Of a stretch of DNA of 64,000 nt, positions 1 through 12,074 are shown piece after piece. The stretch is from contig NW_003314277.1 in NCBI RefSeq assembly GCF_000143415.4, forward strand, positions 803,878-867,877. Direction: 5' to 3'. Below the pieces are notes generated by a model. That model made no database searches. It was not told where the DNA came from and saw only the letters and a program-made list of their open reading frames with translations. The position numbers were made by a program, and so were the translations under genes. The DNA comes from Selaginella moellendorffii (Eukaryota > Plantae > Lycopodiophyta). Every line of letters starts with the position of its first letter. The first letter of the stretch is position 1.

Positions 1-1326
1 AGCTACAGGATCCATCAACCCCGAAGAACCTCGACGTCCAAGACTCTTGGGATCGCTGCTGGGAGGCACGCTGAGCTTGTAAAACGTTGTGCATGGCCGA
101 ATCGTTGTTGTGGAGACACGAACGTGGCAATCACGGGTGGCGCTCCAGCTGACGAACGCTTGAGAAGTTTTTGTGCTACGCTGTGAGCTGCCAGAAGAAC
201 ATTCCACTTCCCAGGAGTGATTTTGTGTCGAGAAAACTCCGGGAGCATCATCGTCCGGGCTCACAGCATCGCACGGGCTCGCAACCATCTTGTTGCGATC
301 CACGGCAAGGGCCATATGCAAAAACTGTCGAACTAGTGTCCAGTGATGGCGATGAGGGAAGAGGATCTCATCGATCCTGAACCGGATTGTATACCCTTGG
401 TGTCGGTCCCTCCCCATTCCAGTTGCCACCGACAACGTATGGCCGACCCTCCGTAGCCGTGGCGTTCCATTGATTCGTAAGACGCTCACTGCTTTGCTGT
501 AGAGCTTGCTGCCGAGAGCCTTGCACACGAATCCCTTGCCGTGGGTTTCCGGCGCAGGAGGCAGAATCATCCACGCTTTCTTGGCGCTACTGGGATTGAA
601 CGCCATGATCAAAAACTTTTCCCTGAGCAACACCGTCGCCTCGTCCAAGCCCTGAGCGGAGCGATCATCGTATAGCTGGAGACGAGCTTTCTCCACGCTC
701 GACTCACCTTGCTCATTTTCAGTTCTTCACCAATCTACTGAAAGAGATTGAATTTTTTAAGACGCTCGACAGTCCAGACTCCAGATCTCCTAGAAAAAGG
801 TAAGCAAGCGCATCCATCGCATTTGGACGAGGAACGTTTTCTCATCGGCGCTCGTGATGACCGCCGCACATATCCAGAAGAATGGGCGTATGGAGCTGGG
901 ACGGCAACCATCATCCAGCTCGAACCCACGGGTCTCATACTTGATGTAAACATGAATAACGTTGTTGAACTTGGATAAGCAATTACCATTGCATTCCACG
1001 ACACCATAGCTTTTTGCCTTCGCAAACTCGCCGAGGAGACGGGTCCGACAAGCATTCTTTGCTTGATAAGGGAATCGCCACTTCATAAGCTTGTTTATGT
1101 GGAAGCAGATCATCCTTCCAGCCTTTCAGACCATTCGTGAACAGCTCGAGCAGCTCCAAGTCATCTCGGTTGCATTCTGGATGAGCAGCACCGTCTCCTC
1201 GCTACACGCTTGAAAACCAATAAGTATGCTCAGAAGCTCGCCAGACAGTGGGTTTTCAGCTTATTTCGTTTCACAGATCTATATGGTTATATATCGTTCT
1301 CTACATATCGATATTGTTCTGTTTCT

Positions 1327-3097
1327 TCAACTTTCTTGAAAGCGTCCTACAGTCTCGAGGACAAGCGGCACCCCATGGATTGGCTTCAAACCAAACTTCA
1401 TTGCAGGATTATGGCGGTAGTTCGGTGAAAGCCGGAATGAGAACCGCTGCAGTATCATAGCCAGTATGACTTTGGCTTCAATCATCGCAAACGACTGGCC
1501 TACGCACACTCGAGGGCCAAGCGAGAAGGGTATGAAAGCATTTGGATGCTTGCATGCGTTTGAAATCCCATCTTTGAACCGATCCGGATTGAACTCAGTT
1601 GCATCTTCCCCCCAGAGCTCCTTGTCGTGATGCATACCAATAACCTGGAAGGCCAAAGTCACTCCTTTTGGTACATGCAAATCCTGTAGCCAAGTCTCCA
1701 CCATGCATTCCCGAGTCATCTCGACTGCGGGTGGATACAGCCGCAGAGTCTCGTAAAGGATCGCTCCTATCTGTTGAATCGAAGTTGTCAAAGTTTTGAA
1801 CCATGAACTTATAAACATGGATGGACTTACCAGCTTGAGCTTGCTAACATTCTCGCCATCAGGTGTCTCGGTACCACAGACTTCATGTACCTCTGCTCGA
1901 GCACGGTCTTGCCATTCAGGATAGCCTCCCAACAGCATCAACGTCCAAGTTAGTAATGACGCTGTGGTCTCATGCCCCGCAAAGTAAAAGGTCTTGCATT
2001 CCTCTATCAAATCCTTGTTTGTGAACTTACTGTTGCTGCTGTCACACTCCTTTAGCATCAACCCAAGCAAGTCGTTGCCATATGAATCGCTCCTCCCGCA
2101 CTTCACAGATTCTCGACGCTCATCTATGATCCCAGTTATCAACGAATCCAACTCCTGATGAAACTTCCAAAGTTTAAGGTTGACTGGAAACGGCAGAAAC
2201 CTGTAAACGAACAATTTGTATTCACTCCAACTAAGTGTGTAATGATCAAGCATACCTGAAACCCGGTAGTATCCAGGAAAACCTGAAGAGTATGGGGAAC
2301 AAATCTGGGATTTCCTTCGTCAAAATCACAAAAACTCTCTGGCCTTTGAGATAACTTGTCCCAAATGCTGTATGCGAGATAACATCTCCTGTGAGCTTGC
2401 GCGCCTCTGCAGAGATTTCAATCTCGGGATGCTGCTGCATCATAGCTTCCCATCGATCAAGCATAACAGAAGCACAAGTTGCAATTGTACCGGTCATTTG
2501 CTGAAGAATCAACTTATTAGCCAGACCGAAGTAGTTCGTGTGCAATCCCTACCTTGATACGTTCATGAAAGAATGCCGGTGCTACAAGCCGGCGGTGGTG
2601 ACTCCATTCTTCTCCAGTAACGGAAGCCAACCCACGACCCAGAAACATGGTCAAGAACCAAACCGACATGTCCGACTTCTCAAAATGCGAAAACTTCTTA
2701 GACAAAGCTTCCCTTACGATCTCAGGTTCAGAGACTGATATCCTCGGCTCTGTTCCCCACCAATACACGAATCGCTTCCCTGTATAACATGCTCGGAGAA
2801 CAAGAACAGTATGAAAGAGAGCATACCATATTGCTTGTTCCATTTGTGGAATCCTGGCTGCACTCGATGAACAATATCCTGGCTGAAACTTTCCATGTCG
2901 TGATCCCTGATTGCGGCCATTGTCTTCCGGATTTCAAGCATCTGGCCTGCCATGAGTGTGGGAGGAGGCCCCCGAATCCCTTGCTTCTTCAGCTGGGCAG
3001 CAATTGCTCTGGGACGCCACCAGTAGACCGTCATGAATCGCCATAGCGCAGCAGTGAAGAGGGCGACGCAAGCGCTCAGGATCCATTGAGCTTCCAT
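1327..3097 (-). CDS. Cytochrome P450, CYP72 clan, 5 exons (approx. 3097-2827, 2779-2553, 2500-2256, 2200-1831, 1770-1327)
   Basis: N-terminal TM anchor plus 'GIRGPPP' hinge; I-helix 'FYFAGHETT'; ETLR (ExxR); PDRF; heme motif FSLGPRVCVG. GT-AG introns of about 47-60 nt join the ORF pieces in frame, and the 5-exon layout is typical of the CYP72 clan. Confidence 0.93.
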
Positions 3098-3299
3098 TTC
3101 CTGGACTAAGGGCAAACCTATGCACTCTGCTTGCCAGGTGGGCGCTTTTCATCCAAACAAATCAGATTCAAACAAGAATCGAAACTGCTTCGAAGCAACA
3201 TTGCGATAATAATACAAGCTTTTTGGGTCGTTTGGCGCCTTGGACGTACATTGTGATAACCAATACTTTCTTGGTCTATTAACTTTAAGATCATTACAT

Positions 3300-5250
3300 C
3301 TCTCGCTCCAATTCCTTATAATTCATCAGGAACCTCTCTGTAGGCTAAACTTCCATCGCTGCAGAGGCATTGCACCTCTTCGAGAAGTTGAAAACGAGGT
3401 CGTGTGGAATTCGAGATTTTCATCAAAGAGCATTGTTAAACTGGTCTGTTTCTTCCGAGCGTCTGAATTGTTTCACTGGCGTCTCACAGTCTAAAGGTTC
3501 AACCCTTTTGATTCTCTTAAAATCCTTGGCTTAGTACCCAGACTTCATATCCAGCCACCACGGACAATTTTCCCAGTAATGTTTACATTGTTTCACCAAG
3601 GTCTTTGCTAGCCCATACTTTCGTGTCCTCTGGTATCAACTCAATAATATTTCTCCTTTTGAGTTGCCTGAGCCATCTGCAAACGCATAGACAGTCAACT
3701 ATCTTGCATACCCGAGCTATAGACCACGATTCAAAATTCCACAAGATTGGAAGCTTCAAAACGAGAAGACTAACCTTGTTGCAAGACGTTTTGCTACTTG
3801 TTCAATGACCTCTGCTTCAATCCTCTGCATCTGCACGGTCGATGCCATGGAAGAGAACAGTGCCGTATAGCACAGCCAGAAGGCGTAGGTTCTTTGCAAT
3901 GCTATCAACCATCTCGACGGCAGCCAGGTGAAAACCCGGCTGTTTCAGGAGCTGGTCACGAGCAAGTCGATCTGCTTTATCCGCCACATAGCCGCCTTCG
4001 ATGCCCATTTACGAAAATGAGTATCATCCTTTGGGACCTTCCATCTTTTCCATCCGTCAGTAGTGTCAGTGAGTGTCTGGAACCACCAGCATCAATCTTC
4101 AGTTGTGAAGGGCCGGCTTGCTAGAGCGGTCAACTTCTCACGTGTCAAGTTGAAACCGCTGTGCGATAATTGCTGCGTTGTTACTTGCTCAATTCACCTC
4201 CTTCCAAGTTTCTCTTCGTGCACAACGGTTAAGTACTTCCACGTCTTAGTTCGCCAGTTTTGCATAACTACGGTTCGTGCCTTTTCCTCACTATCAGGCA
4301 TTCCAGCGAATTTAGTATCTGCCATCCTTGCGATCTCTCTATTTATCCACTTTTGCAATCGAACCATTCAGATCAGACAAATTTTCGATCAAAAAGTTCC
4401 CTTACCCTGAACAGAAATGAAGCTAGAATGGTCCGTTACCTGTTTTGGTTCTCTTTTAACCCCATGGATCATCTTGAGTTCGTTTAAAAGGTGCAACTCC
4501 GAAGGGCTTAGTGTCTTCTCAATTTCTGTATTCGATGAGCAGAACAGATGTTAGGTCCTGCAGATTTAGAGTGTCATCGTAATCATTCATGCTGCAGAAA
4601 AAACAAAAACAATACAGATTACCGCCTTGAATGGATGCTAATCAAACTTACTTGCTGATCCCCGATATGACATTGAAGAGAGACAGAAATCCATAATTCT
4701 TTACGTCAAGTATGGTTGCGTTCACACGAACACGTAGCCTTTTGTTGTTCGGAAACTCTTTCTCAATGCAGTCCATCCATGCACGCAGCCGATGATTTCC
4801 ATCAAAACAGAAAAACATGAGACCTGATATTCCGGGTCCGCTTGTAGCTCGCTTTCCAATTCCTCATTCACCTCCCTCCAGGTAGGATCCCACGACCCAA
4901 TTGTTAAATCTGTAACTTCTGGTCGGCGTCTGCAATTCCGATGATAAACGACGGCATCTTTATAAGATACCCTTCTTTTGCAATGCGTTGTAGAGGCGTA
5001 CATTTGGTTCCAAAACCTTACGAACAATCTCTGCAGGTTGCAACCGACACAGCGGCACCAAGGGAGGATTTGTGGATTTGTTGATTCTCATCCTGTTCAG
5101 CGTAGGCCAATGTTCTCTCTGGAAATCCAAATCATCCAGCATTTTCTCCTGTTCCAACCCTTATATTTGTTATCCGCGAACTGAATAGAGGGCCACTCAC
5201 CTCCAGAAATGTCAGCTTTGGCGGATCATCCGAAGCCGCGCTCACTCCAA
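3300..5250 (-). pseudogene. Multi-exon gene remnant of unknown family, divergent from the REase-kinase gene
   Basis: Protein-like blocks (e.g. LDDLDFQREHWPTLNRMRINK..., RLRAWMDCIEKEFPNNKRLRVRVNATILDVKNYG, WINREIARMADTKFAGMPDSEEKARTVVMQNWRTKTWKYL) are separated by short GT..AG segments and carry in-frame stops. Part of it is repeated at about 39630-39970. No recognisable domain. Confidence 0.4.
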
Positions 5251-5535
5251 ACGAAAACCCTACTTCGAGAAAAAATGAGAAAGAATGTAGCCATAATTGC
5301 ACATTTAAAGGTATGACTAATCCCATGCTTTAAACATGGTCTAAATTTGAGGAGCAGGCCCCGAGTTTTGATCAGGCAACTGCTCTTCACATCGAGTGGC
5401 TGGATCTTTTCTTCGATGATACAAACTTTTTACCCGGAAAAATGATAAACACCAGTATAGAATGGTCTAAAAAGCATAGGACCATTGCCCACTTTTAATT
5501 AATTTCTCTTGCTTTCAAAAGCCGGGTTTAGGGCA

Positions 5536-7223
5536 ATGGATGAGCTAGTGAGGGTGAAGGTGCTTTCAGCGGGCGAGAGCTTCACATTCAAGAGTGTGAC
5601 CGCTGCGAAGCTTGAAAGCCTCTTCGGGATTGGTTCAATCATTGACGAAGACGGGTATGTGGTGACGGAGGAAAGCGAGCTCCCTTTCGGCAACTACACA
5701 TATAAACCCGGTATGTCTTTCATTTCTTGCTGGACTGGATCACCGACTTATGTTTAATGAAACTTAACCCCTAACAAAAAATTAGACTTCAAATTTGCTG
5801 ATCCATGCATTCTCAACCATGAGCCAAACGATCTGGAGCGCAGCGAGGTCCTGGCGAATCTCCAGGGCCAGCACAGCGAGCCCAAGTTCCTCAACTGCAG
5901 ACCATCCCATGCCAAGCCTCCAATCCCTCTCCAGCTCGTTCATCCAGTCTTTGGTCACTTCACCGACCTGATTCACGATCACGATCTTGGAGCTCCTGGG
6001 CTGGCAGACATCGAGTTCGCGCTTGAGCTCGCGCACCTTTCATCGCTTTACCACTCGGACGAGGCCGAACTAAGGCGCACTGTTCATCGGCTCTTCTCCA
6101 AGTACCTGGGCGTTCCCTGCCGCGAGACGCTCACGATCCATGGCAGCTGGGAAGCTCCTCTCGCGATGATGGTGAGCGTTTTCTTCCGGCCTCTTCTTCG
6201 CTCACGCTAGTGTTTCTATCTCTCCAGAGTCGTTCCATGAACAAGAGCCTGATTGCTATAGGTGAAGTGAAGCTCGGCGGCCTGGATTCGTACACTCATG
6301 GCTTCCACTGCTACGCGCTCTACTGGGACATGGTGGGAGCCAAGGAGCGGTACATAGACACTTGCTATCCAGCGTTTCTCATGGAGCTCGTTGGCTGCAA
6401 TCTGAGAATAAGCGCCATGGCAAAGCTCGACGAGGTGGTGTGCCAGCCTCTCACGCACTTTGTCAACCTATTGCCAATCCAGGGCTTGGATCCAGAGATG
6501 GTAGCCGAGTCCGTGCGAGTTTTGGTCGCCTTCAAGCGCTGCCTCGGGCTGCTCAACGAGTACTATTGGAATGTTCAGGCCGGGACGCGTGCCGGGACGG
6601 GGAACAAGAGATACGACCTCTGGAACTTGGACATTCCATATCCGCTGCACGAAGCGGCGAAGGTGGTGAAGAAGTTTGAGAACAAGCTCGTCTATCTGGT
6701 GGAGCCTTGGGGAGTGGTAAAGCTGGCCAAGAGATATGGAGTGGAGGTCCATCGCGCGTGGGCTGCTGCTGGCTTTGCTCCGGCGCTCTACGGAGTTAGA
6801 GCGCTGGCTGGTAGATGGGTCGAGGTGAGGATGGAGAATCTGGGACCGGAAGACGGGTGGGAGATGCTGGCCGAGTGTGGAGACGCCGACGAGCTGAGGG
6901 ATCAAGCTCTTGCCGCGCTGAGAAGTGCTCATCGCGTTCCAGTATCGTCGAATGGCGGGGTCGGAGTTCATGGAGATGCCAGGGACGTCAATGTGATGAT
7001 AAGGCGCCCTCGAGATGGGGCCGAGAAAGGACTAGGAGTAGAAGTGAGATTCATCGATTTCGACTGGGCAAGTACTCACGGAGAGGGTCGGTATCCTCTC
7101 TTCATGAACTTTGTGGAAGTCCAGTGGCCTCAAGGGGCCGAGTGTGGGCTCATTATGGAGCAGAGGCATGATCTCGAGCTTCTTTCGACGCCATTGGAGC
7201 AGCAAACTGGTTTGTTTAGATGA
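5536..7223 (+). CDS. Crinkler/CR-type protein: small N-terminal header domain + PD-(D/E)xK REase-fold domain + atypical kinase (3 exons: 5536-5710, 5786-6171, 6228-7223; about 518 aa)
   Basis: Introns 5711-5785 and 6172-6227 are GT-AG and keep the frame. Motifs: PIPLQLVHPVFGHF, IGEVKLG (ExK), PAFLMELVG...QPLT; kinase VVKLAKRYG.EVH, GFAP.L, VHGDARDVN, FIDFDW, RYP, WP.G, HD.ELL. Confidence 0.8.
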
Positions 7224-8479
7224 AAGCATTGGGTTTGTTTCTAAGGAGTCAAAGTCAGTGGTAGTCAATGAATGTCAATATAGTCTTTGAAGTTTGTCTT
7301 TGACTTATTGATTTCGGGACCTGAATTGACTTTCATTGACTTCTTGAGCTCATCAGCTCAAAAGTGGAGTGGGCTCGATTTAAGCTCTTTTCTTCAAGAA
7401 CTTCAACGATACACACTTTTTTCCTCTGAAAACTTTGATGATCACTTATATGTGATCATAACTTAAGCTCCCGAGAGCTTTGCCTTTACATTATTCTTTG
7501 ACGGTGGTGACAAGCAACCAAAAGTGGGCCACTAAGAATTGGAAAAAATTCAAAGGGAAAAGTTGATTTGATGTGCCATCTAACATTGCAACATGGGTGA
7601 TCCAATGCCTATAATCTTAAACCAACAAGGCTTTTCTTAGATACTTCGTTGAGTGGCTGTAGTGTCGCGCACTGGCGGTTCTTTTGTCTAAACATTGGTG
7701 GCATTGTCTCGGCGAGACATCCTTGTTCTCCTTGGTTTCATAGAAAAAATCGAATATCATCCATAACAATGTTAGCATCAATATCAAAGTGAAAAGAGGA
7801 CAAGAAAAATAGTGATTCCACCCACGGTCTAGAATCTTTAGCGAACATTCCCCGGCAAAGCGTACAAATCAGAGTCGCGGATCCCGGTGCGCAGAGAAAG
7901 CGACCACCGGCCAAAGCACTTAAATGCTATGCCACGCGGCGTCTCGGGAACCGTTGGATCGCTGTGGGGTTTAATGCGCTTGGATAGAAATATTCTAGGG
8001 TTCTTCCTTGTTTTTTTTTTACTCCGTGTCTGGTGCGTCGTCTCTCTCTCTCTGGCGCCTCGATCAGGTCCTGCCAGCGCGAACGGGACTGGATTGGCCG
8101 CTGGAACGCAACGGCCGTGGCGGCAGCGGGCGAGGAGCTCCGGAATCTCGCGATTCCGGCTTGGTTTTGCTGCGGCGGCGCGAATCGCAGGGGAATTCTA
8201 GAATTCTTGTGGAATTCCATCCGGCGCGAGGTACATTTTCAATCTAGATGTCGATTTTAGGTGGGGGTTGTGTGATCTGGACGTTTTGGCGTGTGCCGCA
8301 GGATTTTGGAGAAGAAGTGGTCCTCACGGAGCTACATTTTCTATTCTAGACGGGGATTGATTGATGCTCCTTTGAGCCAAGGGTACGCGAGCCTCGTCTG
8401 CGCTCTGATTTTTTCCATAGCCCCATTACGTTTTTCCTCTTTCCTTTTCCAGGTTTTTTTGTCGGGGAGAACAAACGCT

Positions 8480-9963
8480 ATGGGCAAGTCTACAAAGTGG
8501 CTTGGAAAGTTCTTGGGTGTGAGAAAGTTCAAATCCCCTCTCAAGGAGAAGGATAAGTCGTCGTCTCCAGAGGTATGGTGGTGTGATGATCGATCCAATT
8601 GCTACTGATAAAACCAAAAAGCTTTGTTGTTGGTCCAGGAACACGATGGCCAGGAGAAAATTCCTGCCGATTCTTCCCCAGCTCAGAACCAGGCCCAGGT
8701 TTCTCCGGAAGTCATTGCAGCTCCCACCACCGAGGCCCCAAACGAACCATTCAATGCACAGCCTATAATTGCAACGCACGATGGAATTCCGGATGGAATT
8801 ATCACCACAGGGAATGCAGCAGCTATAAAGATCCAAACAGCATTCCGAGCCTTCCTGGTAAGCTTCTTTCCGGAATTAGTTTGCTTAGAAAATTGCCCAA
8901 GTAGGAAGCGCCAGCCGTTTTTTTTGGTAGTAATTCTGGTAAACTTTGCACACGTTCGTATAGGTAACGAAGGGTATGATGGTGGATGATTTTGTCCAGG
9001 CCAGGCGAGCATTGCGGGCTCTCAAGGGCCTTGTCAGGTTGCAGGCCTTGGTTCGAGGACACAGCGTGAGAAAGCAGGCTGCGATCTCGCTGAGAACTGT
9101 ACTCGCTATCGTTAAAGTGCAAGCTCTGGCCAGAGGCCACCGCGTCAGAAGCTCCCAAGGCGGCCAGAGCATTCAGAAGCAGCTATGGAATAAACGACAG
9201 GGCAGCTCCGAGGCGGATCCTTCTTCGGTAGGCTGCCAGCTCTGTCTATTCACGATTTCTTTTTTTTTTGTTTCCTTATTCGTCAATCTGTGCAGGAGCT
9301 TAGCGGCAACGATGCTGTAACAGTTATAAACGTAGTACGAGCTAAGCCTAGCAAAGCTGATGTGAGCAAGTTCGATCAGAAGGTACTCCTTACTTGTTGC
9401 GATTTGACACATTCATTTTCTTCTTCCCGTGAACTCACAACTGGTGGTTCGTTTGTTTTGGTTTTTGCAGCTCGTCGCGTACGCACCAACGCAAACCAGG
9501 CTGTTTAAAAACCCCGTTATCCGGCCCGAGTGGACGTGGTTGGAGTTTTGGACAGCTGTGGAGCCTTGGAAGCCTGCCACTGAACCGGCAAGCGTGGCAG
9601 AGACCAGCAGGTGACTTTACTTCTTCGTTTAGCTTCACTAAACTTCTGATCACACATCTGTGTCACCGCAGCTCCAAGAACGGCGACGTGAATGGCGACC
9701 ACGCGCCAGCGTCGAAGAGCTCCGAGAAGCGATCCAAGGCGGACAGGTCCGTGCCGAGCTACATGGCGGCCACGGAATCGGCAAGAGCAAAGGCTCGCGT
9801 GAGCAGTCCCGGCACCGCCGCGAGCAGCACGTCACCCGCGGACAATGGCAAGCTCTCGCCGGCTGCTATCAAGAGAAGGTTCTCTCTCCCTGGAACGCAT
9901 GGGCGGTTTCAGGACCCCATCACGCATCCCCGCAGGCTGAGCTTCCCAGTTCGCGCGAGGTGA
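8480..9963 (+). CDS. IQD: IQ67-domain (IQD) calmodulin-binding protein, about 6 coding exons
   Basis: Starts [13 protein letters not shown]. The IQ67 domain [13 protein letters not shown]|[27 protein letters not shown] is split by the conserved phase-0 intron. [13 protein letters not shown] and C-terminal [15 protein letters not shown] motifs are present. Confidence 0.92.
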
Positions 9964-10604
9964 AATTGGGGGAAAGATATTTGAGGAATTGTGCAGTGTT
10001 GCCGTGTGTGGGTTCCCTTTTTCCTTTTCTTTTGATAAATAAAATGTAAATCATTCTAAAGTTATAAAGGGTTTAAGAAAAGCATAATTTAAAACTAAAC
10101 GTTTATGATAGCTTCGATAGTTTATTAGCGGCAAAGGTCAATGGTTAGCATGGAAATGCGATCAAGCGAGCTGAGCCGCTGGAGCGTGGAGGAGCCGAGG
10201 AGGAGCAGCGAGGAGCATGGAGAAGGGGATAGCGCGGAGAAAGTGGAGAGATAGGCGCAAACCAAAATTCCATAATTTACATGTCTTGAGCTTTTCTTAG
10301 TTTTGCTCTTGCATGCATGGGAGAAACAAAAGAGGGCTAAAGCAGCTGCATCTCTGGCCAAGGCAGCTCAGCCGGCCAGAAAGCCATCATCAAGCCAGGA
10401 TCAGCCCAAAAGAAAACCCAAAGCCAAAACAACATGGAGATCCCAAGCTTGAAATAAATATAAGGTAGCTCGCTCGAAAGTTTTGGTTTGCCATTTTGTA
10501 TCAAGGGGACTGTCGCTGCCACAACATCTAGTGGTGACAACATGCATAAGAACATGGCGGCAAGTTGCGAACATAAAATTTGACTTTTGGTCCATAAATC
10601 TTTT

Positions 10605-11971
10605 TTGAAGTTCCTTTTTGCTCTCAACTCCAAGGAGGCCGAGCTCCTCGACGCCGTGGCATACGCTGTCAAGAGCAAGCAAAACATCAAGGTGAGGGAG
10701 GCACATACCATGACCAAATTCGCGTGTCCAAACTCCAGATCCGATACAGGGCGAGTTGTCATTAGCACCACCAGCTTCAACTCCAACTCGAGCGTTGTCG
10801 TTGACAAGAGCTCCATGACGGTCTCCTGCATGATGGAATCATGCTTGGCTAGCTTATCGATCTCCTGGCGATGCAAGGCGTGTCGACTGGGACGGCGTGT
10901 CGCCGGCGGGCATGGTGAGCACGGGGGCCCATGGCAGCAGCCTTTGGGGTCGCGGCGGAGGAACTCATGAGTACCTCGTGTCCATATGAGTATCGTCGTT
11001 CCGGCCTCCAAGAACGAACGCTTTCCCAAAGTTGTCACGGTCGCGGAGGGGAGTCGCCGCCAGGATCTCGCTGGGAGTTCTTGGAGCTGTTTCGCAGCTT
11101 ACGTTCTCCGTACAGCCCATGACGAAGAGGTCTGTGACGCTGGCGGTGGCAGACGATGGGTCTCTGGAAGAGGACTTCTTGACACTGGCTCGGGAGCACG
11201 AGTTTGCGGAAGTGTCGTGGTACAGCTCGCAGAAGAAATTTGTGTCGAGGATCGATGACAAAGCGCCACTCTCGGTGCCAGGAAATGGCACTGAGACTAC
11301 AGCGCTGTTTCTTCCCGTGCAGGCTGCTGCTGCCAGGAGTTCAAGACTGAGCCGTCAGTGTGCTCTCCGACTGATCTTAAAATTGAATGTTTTCCAGAAG
11401 AAGCAGCTGAAGCGATTGGGAATTCAACCTTCTTCTGCTCCGTTGCTAAGAACACCGTAAACACCATTACTTCCACGAGTGGGCATATTCTGGTTCCACG
11501 TCTCGGTATCTATCTCCATCAGCGACGACGTTGGCAGCTTTATCCGGGACGTGAAGCAGTTGAGAGACTTATCACCAGAACGTCTTTGTCTGCTTGATAC
11601 TGCCCTCGCATTGCAGATTAGATTCTTGAAAGCTTCTCAGGCTTACCTTGGACCAAAGACAGACGCAGCACAGATTGAGTTCATTACTTTCCGAGATAGG
11701 AGGCCGGGGGAACCACAGACGTACGAGGACGTTGCTGAGGAAACGTTGTCTAATTTTCTTTTGGCAAGGAATAAGTTGGATCCACAAGGATGGCTTTCAA
11801 GTGATTGGTCTGATTCAGTGCTGGGAATCCGAGGAAGCCCAGTGACGACAAAGGATGGATGTGCTTTGGAAGGACTATATGTTTGCAGTGAAGAGAGGCA
11901 TTGTGCTTCAGACAAAGGATTTTTTTTGCCAATCAGGATCGTGAGGCAAGAGTCTACAGCAATAGAAGTTA
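10605..11971 (+). pseudogene. GULLO-like pseudogene (array copy 1)
   Basis: Collinear with copies 2-4 but has lost its start and carries at least five internal deletions and frameshifts. Confidence 0.9.
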
Positions 11972-12074
11972 AGAAACAAAGGATGCATAATTTCTCCTTG
12001 TTTGTTGTTCAGTTGGTTTTGCCTGAGATGTGTAGATTGTTTTAGTGTAAGGAATATATTTAAATAATTGATTA

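Noticed and set aside
1-1230. Short ORFs on both strands, including a PPR-like phrase (VSWNAMVIAY)
   Set aside because: No consistent frame, repeat structure or domain, so a gene call cannot be supported.
10337-11038. 233-aa minus-strand ORF with a hydrophobic tail
   Set aside because: Mostly antisense of the GULLO pseudogene; similar antisense ORFs occur over every GULLO copy.
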